This document shows positions 12,383-23,147 of a stretch of 64,000 nt of DNA, piece after piece; the first letter of the stretch is position 1, and every line of letters starts with the position of its first letter. The notes under the pieces were generated by a model. That model was not told the origin of the DNA. It was given only the letters and a program-made list of their open reading frames with translations, and did not search any database. The stretch lies in assembly GCF_964355755.1 (NCBI RefSeq), contig NC_092676.1, positions 25,934,871 to 25,998,870 on the forward strand. Direction: 5' to 3'. A program made the position numbers and the translations under genes. The DNA comes from Antedon mediterranea (lineage: Eukaryota; Animalia; Echinodermata).

Positions 12383-12522
12383 CTGTTGGAAAGTGTACTA
12401 TATACATAGCTATGAAAGACAGAGGAGTAAGAATGGAATAAATTATGTTTATTAAAAAAAGTAATTGAAACTTTTAACAATGTGCTTCCAAGACAAATAC
12501 AACACATGCTGCATTTTGAAAA

Positions 12523-14166
12523 CTAAATGGTCGTCCCCACAGATGTTTCTCGAATACACAGTAATTTCAGTGTTTATTTAAAAATTTACATACCGCAGGA
12601 CTATAATGAATACATTGTCGAAACGAATATATAGACACGATGATTTATTTAGTCAACTAAAATTAGCACCCTGGGAATTACTTCCGATAGAGAAACTTGT
12701 CACATAATGAGTCCAAATTTTTGATTTTGACTCATTTAAACAACCCTAATTTGTGTTTTGTGTATAACAAAGAGGAACAATTTTTAAATATATTCTTTAT
12801 CCACTCAGTAACGAAATATGTGTTCATGTTTTATAGGCCTATAAATAATATACTACTAAATACAGTAAAAATTTGCGATGTAATACTTTGTTAAAACTGT
12901 CGCTCTGTCATAGTCGATTAAAGTAAAGTACACGTAAAGATACACCACTATGACGTTTATATACTTGAAATTATTAATTAATACAAACGTTGAGAAGCAA
13001 AAGTTTTTTTGTATATTAGGCCTATGTGTTTATTTATTTATTTATTCGGGTATAAAACAACAAGTAGCCGCAAGGCTAAAAACGTTGCATTTACAAAATT
13101 ACTGTACAAGTTACTTACATAACAATAAAAATGATGTAATAAAAATGAAATAACAAGTACAACAATATCACTCTGTCTCTTTGGCTCTATGAACTACAGT
13201 ATTGTTTAGCATATTAATTAATTATTGTAGGGATGGGTGAATCTTTCGGTTGTCGGTTTGTATTGTTGATATTTGACCTTGCCATTGCTTCGTAGAACAC
13301 GAGAAATACTACGGATAGGGGGAGCAAATAACTAAACTTGTCCCGAGTTCGACAGCTTCTTGCCAAAAGTCAGTACTAGATTATCACGCCTGATTTTAGC
13401 AAAGGTAAATTAAAAAGTTCTAAAGCTAAATTGTATGAGTTGTAATTAAAGCCAAGAATAATTTTTAGGGCCCTTTTTTTTTTACCCTTTCAATAAGTTA
13501 GGTATGAAGCTGTGTAATGGCACCATGCAATACAGGGCAGGCGTACTCCAATATAGGGCGAATGTAACTCAGATAAATACATTTCATATCGTCAACAGTA
13601 GGGCCTACCCACTCGTACACCCACAGTAATAAAGTTTATTTGTATATGTGTTTACACTCACAGTAAGAAATTTGTGATTCAAATGGCGACCAAAAATGGT
13701 TAATACGTATTTCCAGTATTGTCAATGTATTACAATACTATATCTAAAGGTTTTAAATTTATCCGCCAGGACCCATAAATTTACCTACTTAAACCAAATA
13801 ATTTATACTGAGACTGAGAGATTGGAATGTTAAAAAATCAATACATTTGTATTTTCGTAGAAGGAGATAGGTAAATGCGTATCCTCGGATTATTGTATAT
13901 GCGTGTATTTTTCAAGATGGACATCCATTAGACAGTGTATACCACGATCGGAAAACACCCCTATTTGGGAAAATCGTTGAAACTAAATTCGTTTTAATTG
14001 TTAATATAACTGATTATCTGACTAAATTTAATTAGTAAACAGGTTTACATCAGGTGGTAAAAATCATTACCGAAAGTACGAAACAACTTTATATACCATC
14101 GAGTAAACATTCTAGAAGTAACGCGCGATTTACCGAATTTTGCCCTTACGTAAATGTATATATAGA
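12523..14166 (-). mobile_element. Non-autonomous Helitron-like element, copy 1 (in intron 1 of paralogue B)
   Basis: Colinear with 37054-38587; minus-strand 5' end A|TCTATATATAC; 3' hairpin degenerate; lies within the ~2 kb (12485-14445) that interrupts sequence contiguous in paralogue A near 2340. Confidence 0.7.
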
Positions 14167-14651
14167 TGGTATACCTACGGTAAGGTTAATTTATTAATTT
14201 TATTCATTTCGGCAATAAACTTAAAATAATAATTACAAAAAACATAGAAATATATATATATATATATGAAGTACAAGACTCGAAGCCGAGGAGAGACAAA
14301 CGCATTAAACAAAACGCTGTCACCGGTAAGGTGTGTCTCTCCAACACATAGATATAGAAATGGTAGAAATAATCGAGAAAGTAAAAATACATTTCCATAA
14401 TCACACCTCGGCTGGAAAAAGATATTTACAGAAAAAAATAAGAATTAATAAGTCAAAAGAAACGAATTTAAATATTATATGTACTTGGACTGTAGTCATA
14501 AAATGATATTAATAGTGTTATGGTGCACAGTAGGCTACATTGAAATATAGGTGAACAAGAATGTATAGAAAACTATTTTTTAGAAAGGGTTGCATAAAAA
14601 CAATTTGTTTTTCATAGAATATAAAAATAAATATTATTATTTGAAAAATAG

Positions 14652-15210
14652 ACGTTTAGAAATACAAGTTATATTATTTTAGTTTAAAAAAATCTGCCCA
14701 TGACTACTAAATAATTAGCACTATAAAGATTTCCGTATACCTGAATTTGAAATTTGGCGTAGTCGCAAAAACTCTCACAACGCTGATTGATTTGTAGGTG
14801 TGCGTGCTTGTTCGTTACCTCGATTGCTTCTCTGTGTGTAACGTGTCGTAAATATATAAATAGAGTTCGCAATTGACACGAAATTATGATTTTGACATGT
14901 TTTATTGTATGATTCCCTTTGATCGTGCCTGTTTTCTCATTATTGATAATTCGATATCTGTGAGTTAAAAGATTCTCTCTTGTCGGAGAAAGATTTGAGC
15001 ATCCTAACAATTGTTCAATTATGTGACTATTGTTGAAATATCAATGTATTATTCTGATTAGATTACGTACTACAGTACGAAGATGATTTTTCAAAATCAT
15101 TCAACCGCATTTAAACGTGAGACAATTACGTTTTATGAAATATGACTTCTTATTTTTATGAGTGCATTCGTAAACGTTGTTTTCATTGTGCTTCTGTCAA
15201 ATTGAGAAAC
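14652..15210. repeat. ~500-bp dispersed duplicate of 25088-25553
   Basis: Near-identical sequence (CGTTTAGAAATACAAGTT...GTCAAATTGAGAAACAAT) upstream of both B and C; part of the segmental duplication. Confidence 0.85.
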
Positions 15211-15869
15211 AATATGTGATGTCTACCATACATTGGTGTCTTCATTTTATTCAAGTAAACAATGATGAAGTTGAAAACTATTCATAAATAAACAACAAAG
15301 AAAAAATATACACAGTATAACAAAAACAATAAAGTTACCAATTTAGAAAACAAAAAAGAACAATACCGTTGAGCTACTTACGCTAGGCAAATGTAAAAAA
15401 AAATAAGGTGGACACGAGTCGACCTTTCCAGAATTCAGTACAATATTCTGTTGGCATTTACTTTAGAATCAGTGACACACCTTTCAGTGTAGTCTAAGTT
15501 CCAGACGGAGTTTTGATTTAATTTAGTAAAAAGATAAATATTTTGGCACATGTGGCATTTCATACGTATACCACTTGATCTTGTATTTTCAGACAAAATC
15601 GAAACGTCGACTGATTGACTAACATAAAAAAGACAATAAATACAGACTTGGGGCACGTCTATTTCGGCGGTGCGTCCATACAATAAACAACAAAATATAC
15701 AAAGTATAAAAGGAAATATATATATATATATATTATATATAAATCCAAAGGCAAATTACTGAAAAAAATGACAATGCTGTGGGTATCAGTGGCTGGATCT
15801 CAATGGAGATACAAAAATAAAAAGCGAAAAGCTAAATCAAAAGGATAAAGTAAACAGCCAGAAAAGTTA

Positions 15870-15906
15870 GCAGAGCTTTCGGGCAACACTAGCCCTTCAT
15901 CAGTGC
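15870..15906 (-). ncRNA. Minimal type I hammerhead ribozyme motif (different PLE family remnant)
   Basis: Minus strand GCA-CTGATGA-A-GGGC(TAGTGTT)GCCC-GAAAGCT-C-TGC; stem I GCA/TGC, palindromic AGCT stem III. Confidence 0.7.
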
Positions 15907-16003
15907 AAGTGAAGAAATTTGGATAACGTCATATATAACGTTATATATATATATATATAAATAAATGAAAGACGCTAGTAAATTACCAACTGAACATTTT
16001 ATT

Positions 16004-16047
16004 GCACTACAGGCTGTTTCATGAGTATGAACTCAATCTTCAGGTGC
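16004..16047 (-). ncRNA. Type I hammerhead ribozyme in the inverted Penelope pLTR
   Basis: Exact reverse complement of 18881-18924. Confidence 0.8.
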
Positions 16048-16200
16048 TTGGCTCTGAATGATAGTCACAAGTGAATACAAAAAGCTATAATGAAGTCTTA
16101 AGGCAAACTGTTTATGTGAACAATAGTATGCTAATTAGCAAGTACAACACATCTCTATTTCCTGGACAGTCTATTGTTAACCAAATTCTTATTATCTAAA

Positions 16201-16998
16201 TTACTGATACTTTAGTAGAAACTTTCTCCTATGTCTACATGCACTGACTAATTCGTTCCTATGGTTAGGTGAGCTGGTTTCAGGCTTGCATATAATATAA
16301 TACTTCTCTTGTAAGCATAGATTACACCGTTTGTTAACATTGGAATATGGTTTACACTTCTTTATTATTCGCCATTTAATGTTATACTTTATGTTATCAT
16401 CGTTTAGCTTCCAGATGTACTGGCTAAGCGTTGTGCTGTTTTTGTATTTAACATTACGGAATGAACTATTGTGTGCGTTATATCTGCATTTAAATGTGTT
16501 TTCGGTTAGTCCAACATATGTTTCAACTTTATCATCATCATTTGTTGTTACTGTAGCCTGATAAACAACACCACTGGTTAGGCATTTCCCATCTAATGGA
16601 CATTCATTTCGACAGTTGCATTGCTTGATGTTATCACAGGGCATATCATTACGTAATACATTTTTGTTGTGGGCCGATATTACAGACCCTATATTAGGCA
16701 TACAACTATAGCTGATTTTAATGGTGTTTCTATTAAATATTTTTCTTAGCTCATGGTTATGTGGAAAACATTCATCTACAGTCTTTAAGAACTCGTGCCC
16801 TATTTTGGTTTTCACGTTGGCACTGTAAGGCGGGTTGAACCAGATGATATTTCTTTTCCTTGTCTTCTTCACGTTATTTTGTGCGCTGGTATTGATCGGG
16901 TTGTACTTCAGATTGTGGTCGTATCCACTTTCATACAAGGCTTCTTGGTACGGTTTCTTTGATTCATTGAAAACAGTTTCATTCGAAGAAATGTTTGA
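16201..16998 (-). CDS. Inverted Penelope ORF fragment: Cys-rich linker and GIY-YIG endonuclease (open frame)
   Basis: IIWFNPPYS...CNCRNECPLDGKCLTSGVVYQATV...YVGLTENTFKCRY..H...CNLCLQEK...CRHRRK. Confidence 0.8.
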   Translation of the reverse strand, partial: SNISSNETVFNESKKPYQEALYESGYDHNLKYNPINTSAQNNVKKTRKRNIIWFNPPYSANVKTKIGHEFLKTVDECFPHNHELRKIFNRNTIKISYSCMPNIGSVISAHNKNVLRNDMPCDNIKQCNCRNECPLDGKCLTSGVVYQATVTTNDDDKVETYVGLTENTFKCRYNAHNSSFRNVKYKNSTTLSQYIWKLNDDNIKYNIKWRIIKKCKPYSNVNKRCNLCLQEKYYIICKPETSSPNHRNELVSACRHRRKFLLKYQ

Positions 16999-18727
16999 CG
17001 CGAATGATTATAACGACTTATTGCAAAAGAATATAACGAAAACATACAAAAAAGCACCGGCGGATTCTGTAAATAGTATAACCAAAGACGAGATTAAGAT
17101 AGCCAAAGAACTACAGCTAGATGACAGGATAAAAACAACTGGAAGACGTAATGCCTTTATAACCCTGAAAGACCATAAGGAAAATTTTGTAAACAAGCCG
17201 ACTTGCAGACTAATTAACCCCTCAAAATCAGAGTTAGGAAAGATAAGTAAACACATCCTAGAAAGAGTTAACAAACATATCGCACGTAAGACCAAGCTTA
17301 ACCAGTGGAGGAATACTAACGACATGATAGAATGGTTTAAAGGCATCCGGGATAAGGAAAATCATCTGTTCATATGCTTTGATGTAACAGAATTTTATTC
17401 TTCGAGAACTTTGGACCTTCTTAATGAAGCCCTCAACTTTGCTAAAAAATTCACCGATATTAAAGAGGAAGAAAGAGAAATAGTAATCAAAGCCAAGAAT
17501 ACACTACTATTCAACGACGAGACAGCTTGGTGCAAAAGGAACACCACATTCGATGTTACTATGGGTAGCTGCGACGGTGCTGAAACATGCGAGTTAATTG
17601 GTCTGTTTCTGCTAGCCAAACTGGAACCCAAGTACGGTAATAACATAGGATTGTACAGGGATGACGGACTCGCGGCATTTAATGAAACTCCTCATGTTAT
17701 TGAAAAAAATAAAAAAAGATCTCTGCAGCACATTCAAAGAACATAATCTAAAGATAACGATCGAAGCGAATAAGAAAATTATAAACTACCTAGATGTAAC
17801 GCTTAATCTCAACGATGGAAGCTATAAGCCTTATTTAAAGGAAAACAACAAACCACGCTATGTTCATTGCAAAAGTAATCATCCAGCATCAATAATTAAG
17901 AACATCCCTGAAGGCATAAACAAAAGATTATCAAACATTTCTTCGAATGAAACTGTTTTCAATGAATCAAAGAAACCGTACCAAGAAGCCTTGTATAAAA
18001 GTGGATACGACCACAATCTGAAGTACAACCCGACCAATACCAGCGCACAAAATAACGTGAAGAAGACAAGGAAAAGAAATATCATCTGGTTCAACCCGCC
18101 TTACAGTGCCAACGTGAAAACCAAAATAGGGCACGAGTTCTTAAAGACTGTAGATGAATGTTTTCCACATAACCATGAGCTAAGAAAAATATTTAATAGA
18201 AACACCATTAAAATCAGCTATAGTTGTATGCCTAATATAGGGTCTGTAATATCGGTCCACAACAAAAATGTATTACGTAATGATATGCCCTATGATAACA
18301 TCAAGCAATACAACTGTCGAAATGAATGTCCATTAATGGGAAATGCCTAACCAGTGGTGTTGTTTATCAGGCTACAGTAACAACAAATGATGATGATAAA
18401 GTTGAAACATATGTTGGACTAACCGAAAACACATTTAAATGCAGATATAACGCACACAATAGTTCATTCCGTAATGTTAAATACAAAAACAGCACAACGC
18501 TTAGCCAGTACATCTAGAAGCTAAACGATGATAACATAAAGTATAACATTAAATGGCGAATAATAAAGAAGTGTAAACCATATTCCAATGTTAACAAACG
18601 GTGTAATCTATGCTTACAAGAGAAGTATTATATTATATGCAAGCCTGAAACCAGCTCACTTAACCATAGGAACGAATTAGTCAGTGCATGTAGACATAGG
18701 AGAAAGTTTCTACTAAAGTATCAGTAA
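16995..18727 (+). pseudogene. Penelope RT-GIY-YIG ORF with frameshifts (~17705, ~18335) and a premature stop (18515-18517)
   Basis: Three overlapping ORFs join into one PLE polyprotein; comparison with the inverted arm shows TTAGATGGG>TTAATGGG and TGG>TAG. Confidence 0.85.
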
Positions 18728-18880
18728 TTTAGATAATAAGAATTTGGTTAACAATAGACTGTCCAGGAAATAGAGACGTGTTGTACTTGCTAATTAGCAT
18801 ACTATTGTTCACATAAACAGTTTGCCTTAAGACTTCATTATAGCTTTTTGTATTCACTTGTGACTATCATTCAGAGCCAA

Positions 18881-18924
18881 GCACCTGAAGATTGAGTTCA
18901 TACTCATGAAACAGCCTGTAGTGC
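18881..18924 (+). ncRNA. Type I hammerhead ribozyme in the Penelope 3' pLTR
   Basis: GCAC-CTGAAGA-T-TGAG(TTCATA)CTCA-T-GAAACAG-C-CTGT-A-GTGC: stem I GCAC/GTGC, GUA cleavage triplet, followed by AATAAA. Confidence 0.82.
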
Positions 18925-19036
18925 AATAAAATGTTCAGTTGGTAATTTACTAGCGTCTTTCATTTATTTATATTTGGCTCTACATTTTGTATCGAGCACT
19001 TTCGCTTTCATGGTCTGCGTTAAATTCACCACGATT

Positions 19037-19073
<37 letters not shown>

Positions 19074-20136
19074 AAATCAGGCAAAGAACATTAATTCTAA
19101 ACCGCCCGGTGATATATTGAAATTTAATTAATTAATTTGAAGTATAGATTATATATATATGACAGTAGGCCTATTCACAAACCATTTCGCACGTACAGTA
19201 AATATGGTATAATAACCCATACCTGTTTATTTTTTAATGTCAATCTTTGTTTAGTGTTAAGGTATAAAGTTTCTTCTTGCCAACAGTTGTTATAAGTACT
19301 AACGACAGAAAATAAATTCAACAATAACACTCTCTTGCTATATAACCTAACCTCATTTCTTTTCATAACATTTAACTTCCAGTTTATATTTTTTGTTGCT
19401 ATTATTAATTGTAATTGTATAAGATTTAAATTTGTATCCGTTTTTTTCGACAGGACCACAATGCAAAACAAGTTTATTTCTACTTGATTGTGTATTATCC
19501 TGTATAAATATGTTGTTAAATAAATAAATTAATTAATTAAATAAATAAACCTTACATGATACAGGCAACACATGTGATACAATTGAGAAGCTGTATTACC
19601 AAATATTCCTATGATCTTGGGCAATACTGTTTGAGAATCGGGTAAATATCCCTCAAAATGAAATAGGTAGAACAATTTAAGAAACTAGAATCCCAAGGAC
19701 TTACACAAAGAGATTGTGTGTTATACACCACATAAAACATTTAAAAAATGATAAATTCTAATTTGAAATGATGGTCTTATATTTTTACTATGGTTCAATA
19801 ATTAAATTTACAATTAACCAGTACATTCTTTGTCTAGCTGGTTTTTTTTTCTGGCACTATTTTAAGCACTAGTTTCGTATGTTGGACGTCTAAGACGATC
19901 CTCTATACGTTGCTCTGTCACTACAAGTAAAGCTTGGTTCCCACTAAGATGCAACGCAAGGCCATAACGCAACCCAAGTCATTTGACCAGGAAAGAGTGA
20001 AATTTCCCTGATTTGACCAATAATAAGCGATGGATTATTCCAACAGTCGTTTGTCATTGTTCAACTCGATTGCGTTGCGTCCAAATCATTTACTCAAGAT
20101 TAAGCTTACTGTGTTAAATATGCAGTAAGTAATAAC

Positions 20137-22698
20137 TTATTTGTTTATTTTAATGTATTCATAATGCTTGTAATGGTCATCACGATTGATTTTACTTTTA
20201 GGAATCTTCCTAGCTGATTGGCTATTCAATGAACACGACATCAGATCGTTGACACTTATTGATTGACACTCTTCAATCAACTGGCATAGTCTAAGACACG
20301 TGAGTAAAGACTTATATGGTAATGTTATTATCACATATTCAGACATGAAAATGTTGTCAAAGAAATACATTAATCCAATCTTTCGCTTTAGCCCTGAAAA
20401 AGATAAATAAGTAGAACCAGTGTCAGTAACTACCACCATTGTAGTGTATTTGTCATTTTAGTGGTAGCAGTAGTGTTGTTGGTGGCATATGTATGTAAGT
20501 TGCAGAGGTCTTAGATCACCCACTGGCAAACATTACAAAACTTTTGTTTGTTCTGTTATGGAGGTTGCTAGTTTAGACCAGTTACAAACTTCGGAAGAAA
20601 CAGAAGAAGAAAAAGTCTATACACTATCGAACTTTTCTTTGCAAACTCCGAGTTGTGTCAAAAAAGGAGTTTTCAAAGTTTGCCAGTTTAGAATAATTGA
20701 CAAACTTCGACAAATGGACTGCAGAAAACAAGTTTGCAGAATTTGAGCTGGCTAGCTAACTTGCTAACTAACTGACTGTTAACTAGTTTACTTATTGGCT
20801 GCTTACTACTGGCTAACTAACTAGCTGGCTGGCTATAAATAACTTAAATGATCCGATTCTGCTACTGTCAATAGGTATAACTACCTTTATAATTATTTTA
20901 TCTGTATAACTATATAAAGTCTGGATAAATGCTGTACTTTTAAAATACATATATTATAGAGGGCGTGATTGAAAATGTTCATCTGGTTTGTAGGTATAAG
21001 TATCTTGAAAATATTCTTTTTTCCAAACCAATAATTAGTAAAAACTAACCTTGACAGTTTCGCTGTCCTGATCGGACAGCTTCTTCAGAAATAATGACGA
21101 TCTATCATCAAACAGACTGACCTCTAGAGGGCCTATTCTGTCAAGGTTAGTTTTTACTAATTATTGGTTTGGAAAAAAGAATATTTTCAAGATATTATAG
21201 AGGGCGCTAGATAGAGTAAATACAAACAGCGTTTGTCAACCGAAATGTTTGGTTTCTAGTGGCAAAGGCTTTAACGTTGCACAGTGGAGCCCTCGGTTCA
21301 AGGTCTATCAAGGACATGCATTTTTTTTTTAATTCTTAAATTTTGTAATAGTTGAGGGAGATTATTTACATGACAGTGTTAAAAGTACAGCATTTATGCA
21401 GACAGCAACGTGGATAACTTGCTATCGTTATACAGATACATACCTATTGACAGTAGCAGAATCGGCTGCTTAAATATACCTGAACATTCTATTGGTCCAA
21501 TTGTGCTAATACCATATTCCCAACTGTGGCCCGTGTCACCATGCCGTAACTCCATCACTGGCAGGGTAGATATATCGTCAATATATCCTTCATCTTTTCT
21601 CAGAATGTTATCATTTATGTTACATTCACACACTTTACTTGGATTGCTGCAGTCACCTTAAATAATAAATCCATGTAGCATAGTGTAATTGTAATACTCT
21701 AACATTTTATTAGAATACATTATTGAAAAATCCATTTACAACATTAATTTACATTTAATATAACATTTAATTCAACCCAATAAAGTTTATTGTCTACAAT
21801 CTCAAGCATTATAAAAAAATGTTTATTGGGGTTTGACACACTTTTTAAAAATTAAATTGTTGATATATAAACTACGTTTGAATTAGATATAGAGATATGT
21901 AGTACCTCTGTATCCGCATGCGCAACCATAAAAACCGGTTGGCGTTCCCCAGTTATACATAGTGGAACCATTACGTGATACCCAGAAACCATAGGGTATA
22001 GCAATTGAACCAGTGCAGTCATACTGTAGAAGAAAAAAGGGTTTACGAAACGTTTACAAATGGTAAGAAAATAGATCTAGTATTGATATGTAACTCTAGT
22101 AATGATTTGCACTTTTTATGTCTAATAAAGCATATTGATACCCGGCCCCCATGAATAAAGTAATCTAGGCATGTAATAAATATAAAAAAACAAACAAACA
22201 TCAAGAACCATAATAAAAGGCATAATCATCCTACTTTTATATACTGTCGACATGAGGTTGACGACTCCATTAACGCTACAATCTGCGTAATAGACATCTC
22301 GTACGTAATGTCATGTACGAACGAACCATGAGGTTCATATCCATTGACATCCTCAACAAGATTACATGTCGGTGTTATGATAGTTCTACCTGTATATATG
22401 GAAGAAGAATGGTAGGTCTATTTAGCCCTGATGTACGTATGTAAACTGTGTTGTTACTGTGGGGAATGGGTGAGAGTAAGTTAAGGTTACCTGTCAACTT
22501 TCCATCTATAACTTCGCATTCTACATAGAACGGTTCAACACCTTTATAAAGTCCATCCGGGTCAACAAGTAATGGATCGTTGTAACTTCCAGATTGTCCA
22601 AGCTCTTGGCAATTCTGTGGAACATATGAGCTGGTGTTTGGCATGAAAGCCAGATAAAGGCATACCAACACTATAGCAGCTACTTGATAATTTGACAT
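20137..22698 (-). CDS. Paralogue C (complete, 304 aa): signal peptide + CASPR-type fibrinogen-like + PAN/apple-like domain; exons 22698-22491, 22389-22235, 22023-21906, 21656-21480, 20393-20137
   Basis: 208+155+118+177+257 = 915 nt, open frame, all introns GT-AG; hydrophobic N-terminus MSNYQVAAIVLVCLYLAF; no TM segment seen. Confidence 0.87.
21001..21194. repeat. 57-bp-arm inverted repeat with a minus-strand hammerhead motif (21051-21090) in intron 4 of C
   Basis: TATCTTGAAAATATTC...CCTTGACAG / CTGTCAAGG...GAATATTTTCAAGATA; core CTGAAGA-A-GCTGTCC(GATCA)GGACAGC-GAAACTGTC. Confidence 0.8.
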
Positions 22699-23034
22699 TT
22701 TGTCGGACTAAAAAAACAAACTGGTATATTAGATCTGAACCAAATCAGGCCATTCCGGTACGCAATTATTGTTACAGATAACCACATACAATTACAGTCA
22801 TCAAGCAGTCGTCATAAAACCATACAATAATTATGAATCTTATTTGTTGTTAATGTGTAGAAACAATCAAACAAATCTACATTAGCCTAAATATGCGTTG
22901 TTCCATAATTAAAAGCAAACATTTTGTTAAAAGTAAATATATAATATATTGTTTGAAGGTTTGATGGCGAAAACAAATGTTGGTATAAAGTTTGCGTTAC
23001 ACCACGTATATTAGTTCTGAAAAGTTCTGTTGAG

Positions 23035-23147
23035 TTTCTCTCTCTCTCTCAGGTAGGGGAGAGAGAAAGAGTGGGGCGGAGGTGGGAGAGAGAGAGGGAT
23101 GGGGAGAGAGAGGGGGGAGAGAGAGTGGACGGGGTGGGAGAGAGAGA
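23035..23147. repeat. (TC)n followed by a GA-rich purine tract
   Basis: Direct reading. Confidence 0.85.

Larger units (their letters stand above)
15955..18973 (+). mobile_element. Penelope-like retroelement (RT + GIY-YIG endonuclease), 5'-truncated, preceded by a ~1.04-kb inverted copy of its own 3' end
   Basis: RT motifs TLKDHKENF..KP.CRLINPSKSELG, FDVTEFY, TMGS.DGAETCELIG, YRDDGL; GIY-YIG GVVYQA...TYVGLTE; arms 15955-16998 and 17931-18973 are inverted repeats; flanked by (TA)n. Confidence 0.93.

Noticed and set aside
16835-16994. Signal-peptide-like N-terminus on the 303-aa RT ORF
   Set aside because: It is the antisense reading of the inverted arm fused by the inversion junction, not a real leader.
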